A model generated the notes under the pieces. That model made no database searches. It was given only the letters and a program-made list of their open reading frames with translations, and had not been told where the DNA came from. DNA of 64,000 bases from Minisyncoccia bacterium (GTDB lineage Bacteria; Patescibacteriota; Minisyncoccia; Phycocordibacterales; Phycocordibacteraceae): contig JBBQZW010000002.1 of assembly GCA_038207395.1 (NCBI GenBank), positions 69,752 to 133,751 on the forward strand. Reading direction: 5' to 3'. A program made the translations under genes and the position numbers. Shown piece by piece: positions 17,699-25,850 of the stretch. How positions within the stretch are numbered: the first letter of the stretch is position 1; every line of letters starts with the position of its first letter.

Positions 17699-18331
17699 CT
17701 ATTGCTGAGTATACGGTATAGGGTTCTCCATATCCCCCAAATTAAAAGATCGGTACAGAAGCTCGATAATCTCTTCTGTGCCTAGTGGTACGGCACGAAG
17801 ACCTGAAGAGGCTAACCCTCCTGCCACAAGAGCCATACGTTGCTCGAGCTGAATTCGTGTTTCTTCGAATGATTGATTATCTGCGGCAGTGTTTGCTGAG
17901 CGACTTTTTAAGAAAGATAATCCTCCAGCTGCCTGAGCAATAGAAACCGTTGTGTATGGAACCACCACATAGAAGGTTTTGGTCATAATATCCGCCCCCT
18001 CAATAAAGTTGCGAATGAAGGCAATGTATTCCCGAAGCTGGATGCGCATAAGCTCACTCGTTTGTTTGTCTAAACGCTCCTGGAGCAAATTCAAATACGG
18101 GCGGATATCTGTTTTACGTGAATGTACAACTATCTGTACTGAAAAGTCGAGTGTATTGAGAAAGTTTTGGAACCCGCCGATAATGGCACGTTGCTCGTCT
18201 TCAGACTTAAGTGCAAAGTTAAGAGAAGAACAAGCCATAATACCGCGGTACCCACCATTTTTAAGAATAATCACACCATTGCGAACTTCTTCAACAGGTA
18301 CAAAGTCTTGTGTTGGTTTTGAGCTTGCCAT
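17699..18331 (-). CDS. VirB4 N-terminal domain-like protein (separated from the ATPase ORF by one in-frame TAG)
   Basis: VPVEEVRNGVIILKNGGYRGIMACSSLNFALKSEDEQ...QIVVHSRK matches the VirB4/CagE N-terminal pattern. The stop at 17699-17701 is in frame with the ATG at 17686, only 4 sense codons further on. Confidence 0.5.
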   Translation of the reverse strand: MASSKPTQDFVPVEEVRNGVIILKNGGYRGIMACSSLNFALKSEDEQRAIIGGFQNFLNTLDFSVQIVVHSRKTDIRPYLNLLQERLDKQTSELMRIQLREYIAFIRNFIEGADIMTKTFYVVVPYTTVSIAQAAGGLSFLKSRSANTAADNQSFEETRIQLEQRMALVAGGLASSGLRAVPLGTEEIIELLYRSFNLGDMENPIPYTQQ

Positions 18332-18337
18332 AGAGAG

Positions 18338-18751
18338 TTATTTGGTAGAAATGTTTCGATCCTGAATATCAAGCGAAAGTGCTAAATCATGCAATTTGTT
18401 ACCTGAAAGCGTGAGTTTTTCGCGCACAGGCATCACGGCCTTTATTTGGATCGGTGCTGCATTCTCATCTTTCTTTTCTTTTCGCCACAGATATAACTGG
18501 CTGTTGGTGTAAAAAGAGAATCCCGCGCCTAAAATATCAACAAAGCTCTTATTATTTATCTTATAAAAAGAAAGTGCGATGGCCAATGACATTACCGGGA
18601 TGGCAAGTAGTGCTGCGAATAGGAATGGTAGATAGAGAAAGATAATAACGGAAAGCCCGATACCTCCGCCCATAAATACAAATTGTTTCCAGGTGAGCGG
18701 ACCAAAAATCTTATCTTCAACCTCAATAAACTGTGGTACTTGGTACTCCAT
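18338..18751 (-). CDS. PrgI/VirB3-like two-TM protein
   Basis: 137 aa with two adjacent TM helices after a short N-terminus (PLTWKQFVFMGGGIGLSVIIFLYLPFLFAALLAIPVMSLAIALSFY), as in PrgI/VirB3. Immediately upstream of the VirB4 homologue. Confidence 0.5.
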   Translation of the reverse strand: MEYQVPQFIEVEDKIFGPLTWKQFVFMGGGIGLSVIIFLYLPFLFAALLAIPVMSLAIALSFYKINNKSFVDILGAGFSFYTNSQLYLWRKEKKDENAAPIQIKAVMPVREKLTLSGNKLHDLALSLDIQDRNISTK

Positions 18752-18799
18752 TAGTTAGTAGTATACCGCACGGCTGAAACGAATATTAAAAACCTGTAT

Positions 18800-19345
18800 C
18801 TAATGGCCACCTCCACTAGGTTTCTTTTTTGGGGCGCCCCCTCCTCCTCCCCCACCTGCACCAAGTACTTTTTCCGAACCCGCCTTTAGTCCGCTGAACG
18901 AGAGTGCAATAGTTGCGACAAAAGCACCCAAGGCCAATTTCGCACCTCCCCACAGAAATGTACCGACCTTCTTAAAAAGGCCACCGAATTTTGTTTCTTT
19001 GCCAGAATGTATTGTGGTAGACCCAATTCCTGATGGAGGCTGACCTCCGCTACCCACTTCCGATGGAGTTGTAGTGGGGTTTGATACTGAATTTATAGTT
19101 TCTGTGGTCTGTTTTGGGGTAGATTCAGAACTTGCTGACTCCCTTGGCCCTATTGTCTCAGGAAAACTCTCATCTGAACCTAATGTATCTAAGTGTTCTT
19201 TAATTTCTGCAATCTTTTCCTCAGTGGAAATTACGTCATTAATAATCTCATTATCATTAACTGCCTCAATTTTTTGCACCTCACTCTCAGTCATTGGAGT
19301 AAGGTTTTCTGAAGCACTTGCATTAATTTTTCGTAAAGATTCCAT
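18800..19345 (-). CDS. hypothetical protein with acidic N-terminus, C-terminal TM and Gly-rich tail
   Basis: Part of the co-directional cluster. No recognisable family. Confidence 0.4.
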   Translation of the reverse strand: MESLRKINASASENLTPMTESEVQKIEAVNDNEIINDVISTEEKIAEIKEHLDTLGSDESFPETIGPRESASSESTPKQTTETINSVSNPTTTPSEVGSGGQPPSGIGSTTIHSGKETKFGGLFKKVGTFLWGGAKLALGAFVATIALSFSGLKAGSEKVLGAGGGGGGGAPKKKPSGGGH

Positions 19346-19356
19346 AGTACGCTTTC

Positions 19357-20160
19357 TTATATAGTATTCCGATACGGGTCAGTTTGGTATGGAGTATCAG
19401 CTTGCACGGGGCGCAACGGTCGTTCTTCTAGAGGTTTTGACTCGGTGATAATAGGTTTAATTTCTGGAGTTGAAAACACTGGATACTGAACTGGTGGTGG
19501 TGACGTAAATGGAACTGAAGAAGTCTGAAATGAGCGAGCAGGAGTTGTCTGCATAGGATGCTGTATTGCTGCCATATCACTACTCATTGTTCTAATGGCA
19601 GGAAATTCCATAGCTGGAGGGTTAGAAACAATCGATGGGATTTCTCGATTTATAAGATTGTAAGCGGGTGGCGGCACGGGGATAGGTTTAATTTCTTGTC
19701 GTGCTTCAACACTTAATACTGGTACCTGAGGCGCAGGCGGAACACTCGTTTGGGTGGGAGGTGCCTGTGGTGGTGTGGGAGCGATGTTAAAAGAAGGATC
19801 ATACTCAGCCTCAGGCTCATCCTCTTCAGGGGTATTCAACGTATCGGCTCCCTCTCGGATTCGCTTTTGTAGTGGTTGAAAGATCTCTTCATTAACTTTT
19901 TTAACAATACCCGTCGCATCATTTGCTCCGATCCCGAGATCAAGAAGGCCTTGATAAAATGTGGCCGGATCAACTAAGCCGAGTAACATAAATCCAAGGT
20001 CTTCAGCAATTTTACCGGTCACATCAACATGCAAGTTGTAGCTAGACTGAACGCTTTTTATCACTTGTATAGTTGCATCGCTTCCCATCGCCTCACGAAC
20101 AATGCGGGGTGCGGTTTTATAGGCTTGAATAAATTGATCCCTGTTCAACAATTGAGGCAT
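19357..20160 (-). CDS. proline-rich hypothetical protein
   Basis: 267 aa. Second half is Pro-rich (PTPPQAPPTQTSVPPAPQVP...). Confidence 0.4.
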   Translation of the reverse strand: MPQLLNRDQFIQAYKTAPRIVREAMGSDATIQVIKSVQSSYNLHVDVTGKIAEDLGFMLLGLVDPATFYQGLLDLGIGANDATGIVKKVNEEIFQPLQKRIREGADTLNTPEEDEPEAEYDPSFNIAPTPPQAPPTQTSVPPAPQVPVLSVEARQEIKPIPVPPPAYNLINREIPSIVSNPPAMEFPAIRTMSSDMAAIQHPMQTTPARSFQTSSVPFTSPPPVQYPVFSTPEIKPIITESKPLEERPLRPVQADTPYQTDPYRNTI

Positions 20161-20161
20161 G

Positions 20162-22459
20162 CTATGACCAGTATGCCATACCCGCAGGGCTTGTTAAATA
20201 ATCAACAGTAGTTTTGGTGCCATACTTTTCAATTTGAGCCTTAATTCTCTTTGCTGCTGAATCATCAATTTCATTACGCTCCTGTATTGCTGCAAGTATT
20301 TTTGGCGTTAGGACCCGAGCAGCTGCTTCTGATTCCAACACCTCTGATTTAAGTCGCGCTGCTTGTTTAGGGTTCAGTTTTGCTATCTTTGCTACAGCCG
20401 CAGCCACATCAGTTGGGCTTGTAGCTTCTGCAAACGCAGTATTTGTTAGTTCAACAGGATCAAACTGTCGTACTTTGCGGGCAACACCCGGGCTTAGTTT
20501 CCCACCCCTAAGAAGATCGTCTCGTTGTGCGTTAGTGAGAGAGCTTGTTATAAAATCATCAGTAAGGAGGGTTGAAGGACTATTTTCTAGGTCTTTAGCG
20601 GAGTATTTTTTAATACGATCCTTGATGGTTTTCTGTGCAACACCCTTCTCGGCTGGTGTTGTAGTCGTGCTTGTGATAATTGCTTGTTGGTCACGTATAT
20701 CCTTAAAGCGAGCTTCTTTAATTACTCCCTGCTGCTGTACGGTAAATGCTCCCCCATCTTTTACTAATGCAGCAAACTTCTCTGGAGACAGGTTCTGTAC
20801 AAGTGCATCAAGATCTTTCCCTGACTTCTTCATTAGATCTAGTTCTTCTAACTCCTTGGTGCTTAAACGCTCAAGAATTTCCGCGACACGGTTATCCTTT
20901 GAAGTGCTTTTAGGTAGCGATAACGCAGAATCAAGTTCTGACCTAAGATTTGCCTTGCGTCCAATCTCTCCAAACACCTTATCTCGAGCCTCTTTCTCAG
21001 CCTTCTTCTCCTTAAAGGATGCTCCGCTACCAAAACGAGCATTTTGACCCGCCTTAAGAGTTCCTGATATTGCCTTATCAATAGGGCTATTAGAGATAAA
21101 GTTACGTACTCCCTTAGGTGCCTTTCCGACCAAAGATTCATATTTCTTCTGTGCATATACGCTACCCTTGCCGATTGTCGACCTCCCTGCGAAACCACCC
21201 GCAGCACCATACGTACCTAAAACTATTTTTTTAGAAAAACCTATTGCTCCTGCGGCTCCTGCTGCTCCCAAACTTTTGGCAGCCACAAGCGAAGCAACTA
21301 AGAAGCCAATGACAATCGTAAAGATCATTATAGTTCCCATTGCTGAAGCATCAGGGCTCGTAATTGCACCAGCTAAACCAACAGCGGTTGTGCCCGAACC
21401 GCCCGTGATGAAACCATCAGTAATTTTTAAACTTATAAAAAGAAGAAGGAATAAAACGGGTGCAAAGAATGCTTGAGAAATAAGCTTGCTCCACCAGTCA
21501 TTTGCAAATCTGCGAAGTGGAGGAATTGCCATACCTGCAAATCCAATTGGAGCAGAAACCATAAGAAAACTTAAAACAACAACTCGAATAACTAACATAA
21601 TTGCAGCCGCAAACATAACGATGGCACCAATAGTTGAAAAAAGAGCCAAACCTATAAAGGTCACTGCCTCAACACCAAGGTTTCCGTTTACCTTAAAGAG
21701 TGACGCAAGACCGGTGGACTGCATTATGTGACCCGCTATACCGTAATCAACAATACACTTCGCGTCCTGTTCAGAAATCCCGACAGCACTAAATATACCT
21801 CCGCTAATATCTAAGCAAGGGTCAGTATTTGCTTGAGAATAAAATACAGAACTAAGTGCATTTGAAGTGTCTATAACAGCCTCTGCAGCAAACAAACTAA
21901 AGTTCATAAGAACAGCGAAGATAAGTAGCTGAGGTATTGCTTTTCGGGTAGGAAAACTATGGAGATCCAATATTGTTGCGAGACCCATAAAAATAAAACC
22001 AAACAAAAGAAGCATGTTTCCTATATCACGCATGATCCCCCATGCGAGCAAGAGACCAGGGGAATTACCGATTAAATTACCAAATTGAAAAACTGTTTTA
22101 ATTACTACCCAGTTCAAAAGTGCTCCGGCTACTCCCAATAAAAGATTTGCAAACGTTAATATAAATCCCGCAACAGTCTTTAAAAGACATGAACCTAACG
22201 TAAAGAAACTATCACAACTGTTAGTTGCGTTGCCCGCTGGGGGAGGTGTGCTATTGGAGGCTGGTTTCGCATTTGGATCAGCGCTTCCTAAATCAGCTTG
22301 TCCGGCTGAAGTACTTGCAACATTGGTCGGAGAAGAGGTGCTAACTTTTTGAGGTGCAGAAGATTGGGCACTAGCGCTCGAAGGTTGATACGCGAAAAAT
22401 AAAATGAGTAAGAAAATACCACCTACTACTGAAAGACTTCTGCGCGTAAATCTCGCCAT
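20162..22459 (-). CDS. VirB6/TrbL-like polytopic membrane protein with long charged C-terminal domain
   Basis: Signal peptide plus Ser/Pro-rich stretch, then at least 6 TM helices over about 300 aa, then a roughly 330 aa hydrophilic tail. This architecture is typical of VirB6/TrbL-type channel proteins. Confidence 0.45.
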   Translation of the reverse strand: MARFTRRSLSVVGGIFLLILFFAYQPSSASAQSSAPQKVSTSSPTNVASTSAGQADLGSADPNAKPASNSTPPPAGNATNSCDSFFTLGSCLLKTVAGFILTFANLLLGVAGALLNWVVIKTVFQFGNLIGNSPGLLLAWGIMRDIGNMLLLFGFIFMGLATILDLHSFPTRKAIPQLLIFAVLMNFSLFAAEAVIDTSNALSSVFYSQANTDPCLDISGGIFSAVGISEQDAKCIVDYGIAGHIMQSTGLASLFKVNGNLGVEAVTFIGLALFSTIGAIVMFAAAIMLVIRVVVLSFLMVSAPIGFAGMAIPPLRRFANDWWSKLISQAFFAPVLFLLLFISLKITDGFITGGSGTTAVGLAGAITSPDASAMGTIMIFTIVIGFLVASLVAAKSLGAAGAAGAIGFSKKIVLGTYGAAGGFAGRSTIGKGSVYAQKKYESLVGKAPKGVRNFISNSPIDKAISGTLKAGQNARFGSGASFKEKKAEKEARDKVFGEIGRKANLRSELDSALSLPKSTSKDNRVAEILERLSTKELEELDLMKKSGKDLDALVQNLSPEKFAALVKDGGAFTVQQQGVIKEARFKDIRDQQAIITSTTTTPAEKGVAQKTIKDRIKKYSAKDLENSPSTLLTDDFITSSLTNAQRDDLLRGGKLSPGVARKVRQFDPVELTNTAFAEATSPTDVAAAVAKIAKLNPKQAARLKSEVLESEAAARVLTPKILAAIQERNEIDDSAAKRIKAQIEKYGTKTTVDYLTSPAGMAYWS

Positions 22460-22462
22460 AGG

Positions 22463-23938
22463 TTATGTACCGTTTGAACTTGTAACACCACAATTTTTTG
22501 AAAGAGTTATCATCTTGTCATATAGATTTTTTGAACCCGATGTATCCTGACTCTGTATACCTGCCTCAGCTATCTCTGATGCATTAGGGATTTCTGGTGA
22601 TGAGAGATATGACTGGTAGTTAGCAAGTGCGGAGGTTATTACGGTGCCCTTAGAAACCGAGGTGCTTTGGGAAGCTCCCTCAACTTCACTTTTAATTGAT
22701 GCAATTTTTGTTAGCGCCGCATCCCCTTTTGCCACACCAGCTGTAGCTTGATCAATTACAGCAGAGACATCAGGTCGTACACCGCAGGTAGTTTGAGCAT
22801 TAGTTGCTGCGCTTAAAATTTTCTGCCAGTTATCACGGAAAGAAGATACGTTTGTCTCGTCATTTTTGATGTTTTGAATAACTCCACTAGCAAGACTTGA
22901 GTTAACCGCATCATACTGAGTTGGGCTCGTTGCTGCTTCCAAAGGAGAACGTCCTCCGCCAGCAGAAGGCTGTGATGCACCAAGAAGTCCTCCTGCTCCC
23001 AGAACTTGGTTTACTAACTGTCCCAGCAACGCTCCAACAATTTCGTTGATAGAGTCAGCAAGTTCAAGCTGGCGAATTCCCGAGCCAAGACTGTTCTCAA
23101 GCTGACTCTCAATAACTGAGCCAGGGGTTCGTACTGCGTTGAAGAGACATTTCTCTGTCTTAGACAGTGCTACAGAAGCATCACCACCAGAGGTAGACTT
23201 ATTACAACTACCTCTCCATGGAAGAAATCCCTTACCCCACCCAAGCTCAGCTTTGCGCTGCTGTGCTGCAGAATCAATCTGCGCAAAGAGCTGATTGCTT
23301 GCAAGCTGGTATGCGCCGAATGGATTATTCGCAGGATTCTGACTTGCTGATAGAAAGGCACTAATACCTCCTTGATTGAAGTCACCATTTAAGAATGCTT
23401 TAGGGTCCTTGCTTTGCTGATCTAGAGTGTAGTTCAGACCCCAACTACTAGTAGTACGATAATACTCTTCACGAAGCTTCTGGCTTATTTGATCTTGAAA
23501 AGGAGACTTTATATCAAATCCAGTTGCACTAACAACAGTATTATTTAGGTTATTAATAAAATCATCTGCTATAGCGTCTCCTAAGTATTGAAGATTACTC
23601 CTCAAATCACTTACAAAAGAAGGCGATCCGCTAAAGCCCGAATTAATCCAATTCACCGTACTTCGTGTCAGAGATTGGATAGTTAGTTTCGCAACAGTCC
23701 ATGCAAGACCGTTCAATGCGTTTAAAATAACGGTTTGAGTGACTGTACTTGCACCTGTTGCAACGACTCCCGCAACAACGGCAGGGTTAATTTCAAATGA
23801 GAGACCTCCAAACTGAGCGTGTGCTTTAGGTACTGAAACAATACTAAAAGGTGTGTATGACGCAGTAATTGCAATAACAAGACTGATTGCAACAGCTCTG
23901 ACTGAAATATTCTTTAGCCGGTTAGTTTTGTAGATCAT
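22463..23938 (-). CDS. secreted hypothetical protein (T4SS-like cluster)
   Basis: Signal-anchor at the N-terminus. 491 aa, Ser/Ala/Gln-rich. Confidence 0.4.
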   Translation of the reverse strand: MIYKTNRLKNISVRAVAISLVIAITASYTPFSIVSVPKAHAQFGGLSFEINPAVVAGVVATGASTVTQTVILNALNGLAWTVAKLTIQSLTRSTVNWINSGFSGSPSFVSDLRSNLQYLGDAIADDFINNLNNTVVSATGFDIKSPFQDQISQKLREEYYRTTSSWGLNYTLDQQSKDPKAFLNGDFNQGGISAFLSASQNPANNPFGAYQLASNQLFAQIDSAAQQRKAELGWGKGFLPWRGSCNKSTSGGDASVALSKTEKCLFNAVRTPGSVIESQLENSLGSGIRQLELADSINEIVGALLGQLVNQVLGAGGLLGASQPSAGGGRSPLEAATSPTQYDAVNSSLASGVIQNIKNDETNVSSFRDNWQKILSAATNAQTTCGVRPDVSAVIDQATAGVAKGDAALTKIASIKSEVEGASQSTSVSKGTVITSALANYQSYLSSPEIPNASEIAEAGIQSQDTSGSKNLYDKMITLSKNCGVTSSNGT

Positions 23939-24942
23939 TGTGTTTCAGCTGAGCGTGCAATACTCACAATCACTGACCCAGCAGTTCCGGCAGCAGGCTC
24001 CCCGCTTGAGAGGATGACTGTAGCGATATCTTTAAATCCTTTTACCACCAAAACACTAGATGGTTGGAAGTTAGACAACGCACCCATGAACGCCAAAGGA
24101 TCTTTTTCATAGGTTACCGCTGAAGCAGATGCTTTGTGTAGCTGATCAAATCCTCTAACAAGCTCAAGATGCTGATTCGCAAGTTGAGGAGGAATTCTAA
24201 GATCAAGAAGATCCTTAGTTATTGATGCATATGATTCTGAAAGCCTTTTAATCTTTGGGCGTGCTGACTCATCATTTTTCTCAATCAATGCTTCAAGAAG
24301 CGGGATAGGTTGATTCGCGTCAGCTGGAACATCGTTTGTTCGAAGTACTCCTTCAACTGAATCAGCATACGCAGTTATAGAAACACTTGGGTCTGTGTGT
24401 AGTGAAATGGTTGTGTAGGTTGAACCGTATAGAGCAGATGCTTTAACGGTGAACTCCCCTAAAAGCTTAAGAGCAAGTGCTTGCTGCTGCTCTGGAGTGA
24501 GAGGCTGACCCCTGCTCGCATCAAGATATTTCTGGAGAAACTCCTGAGAGAACTGTTCGGTAATACTTCCAGGAGCTGGATCAACCCCAGGAAGATCTGC
24601 GGCAGTAAGGGTGGTGGTTCCTTGTTCGCCGCTTGGGAGCTGTGAGGCTGCAGTTTGAGGGGTTAGTTTCCCTTCCTTTGCTGCCTGACCGTCAGGAATG
24701 CCGAATGAATTACTTATTGCTTTGTTTGGGTCAGTGCCATACAAAGCTTCCTGCCAATCAGGAAGACCGTCGCCATCAGTATCTTTTGCAGCGTACGCCT
24801 TAAGGAGTTCTTCAGTACTGCCAGCGTTTGCAAATTTCTGACTAAAGAATGAAGGTCCGGACAGTAAGTACGCACTACTTACCATGAGGAGTGCGAGTAA
24901 TGAAGCAGCACTAATGCGAAGTGTACGTTCGGGGATCTTCAT
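23935..24942 (-). CDS. secreted protein with thrombospondin-type-3-like Ca-binding motif (first gene of the cluster)
   Basis: Signal peptide. DTDGDGLPDWQEALYGTDP matches the DxDxDGxxDxxE TSP3/OmpA-type calcium-binding repeat. Confidence 0.4.
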   Translation of the reverse strand: MKIPERTLRISAASLLALLMVSSAYLLSGPSFFSQKFANAGSTEELLKAYAAKDTDGDGLPDWQEALYGTDPNKAISNSFGIPDGQAAKEGKLTPQTAASQLPSGEQGTTTLTAADLPGVDPAPGSITEQFSQEFLQKYLDASRGQPLTPEQQQALALKLLGEFTVKASALYGSTYTTISLHTDPSVSITAYADSVEGVLRTNDVPADANQPIPLLEALIEKNDESARPKIKRLSESYASITKDLLDLRIPPQLANQHLELVRGFDQLHKASASAVTYEKDPLAFMGALSNFQPSSVLVVKGFKDIATVILSSGEPAAGTAGSVIVSIARSAETQ

Positions 24943-25028
24943 AGAAGCTCCATATATAGTATCACCGTACGCCTGGTACTCGTCATGTCGGTATCGTATA
25001 GGTGTGTATTACCTCTACCCGTATATGT

Positions 25029-25811
25029 TTATAAAAGCGCTGACGCTAGTTTTTTCCACTGAGGGATAGTGACATCTTCAGACCGAGTATTTGGGGTGAG
25101 CCCAATCTCACTCATCGCAGCAATAATATCTGCGGATGATGCGCAAACCTCAAGGTTTTTGGCTAATCTCTTTCGTTTATGAGCAAATCCGGCTTTAAGG
25201 AGAGTAAAAAAGTATTCCTCAGCCATACGGGACGGAAATGATTCGCTAGAAATAGCGCGAATGGCAAGGACAGCAGAGTCCACGGAAGGCGCGGGGCGGA
25301 ACGCCCCGCGCGGCACGGTAAAGCAGTATTCTGGTGTTCCATATACTTTCACCGAAACTGAAAGAATACTCTCCTTCCCTTTATTGCGTGCAATACGCTC
25401 AGCAACTTCTTTTTGTACGAGCACGGTCATGCTTTTAGGTTTGTGCTCTGCACTAAGGAACTGGCGTATAATCTCACCGGTTATGTAGTATGGAATATTT
25501 GCGACCACATGGTATTCGCCCTCAATGCTTGTACTCTCCACATTCCGGATATCTTCGTGAAGAATATCTAACTTCCCTTCCCTAATTTCAGCTGCAAATG
25601 TTTCGCGAAGTTCAGGAGCAAGTGCATCATCTGCTTCAACCGCAATCACCTTCTTCGCGCTCTCAAGAAGTGCGCGCGTCAGCATGCCAGTACCCGGTCC
25701 AATCTCAAGTACTACGGCATCCTCCGGAAGTGCAGCAGCAAGCACAATACGCTCTGCAGTCTGCGGGTGCATTAAAAAGTTTTGTCCGAGGGATTTCTTT
25801 GCGAAAGGCAT
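25029..25811 (-). CDS. rsmA: 16S rRNA (adenine1518/1519-N6)-dimethyltransferase
   Basis: KSLGQNFL ... VLEIGPGTGMLT SAM-binding motif. 260 aa. Confidence 0.85.
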   Translation of the reverse strand: MPFAKKSLGQNFLMHPQTAERIVLAAALPEDAVVLEIGPGTGMLTRALLESAKKVIAVEADDALAPELRETFAAEIREGKLDILHEDIRNVESTSIEGEYHVVANIPYYITGEIIRQFLSAEHKPKSMTVLVQKEVAERIARNKGKESILSVSVKVYGTPEYCFTVPRGAFRPAPSVDSAVLAIRAISSESFPSRMAEEYFFTLLKAGFAHKRKRLAKNLEVCASSADIIAAMSEIGLTPNTRSEDVTIPQWKKLASALL

Positions 25812-25850
25812 AGCTACAGCCTACCGCACCTTTCTTTCTACCGATACGTG

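Noticed and set aside
20475-21476. Plus-strand ORFs (190, 115 and 102 aa) inside the VirB6-like gene
   Set aside because: They are antisense to a long membrane-protein ORF. Ala/Pro/Ser-rich and Arg/Leu-rich shadow-frame composition.
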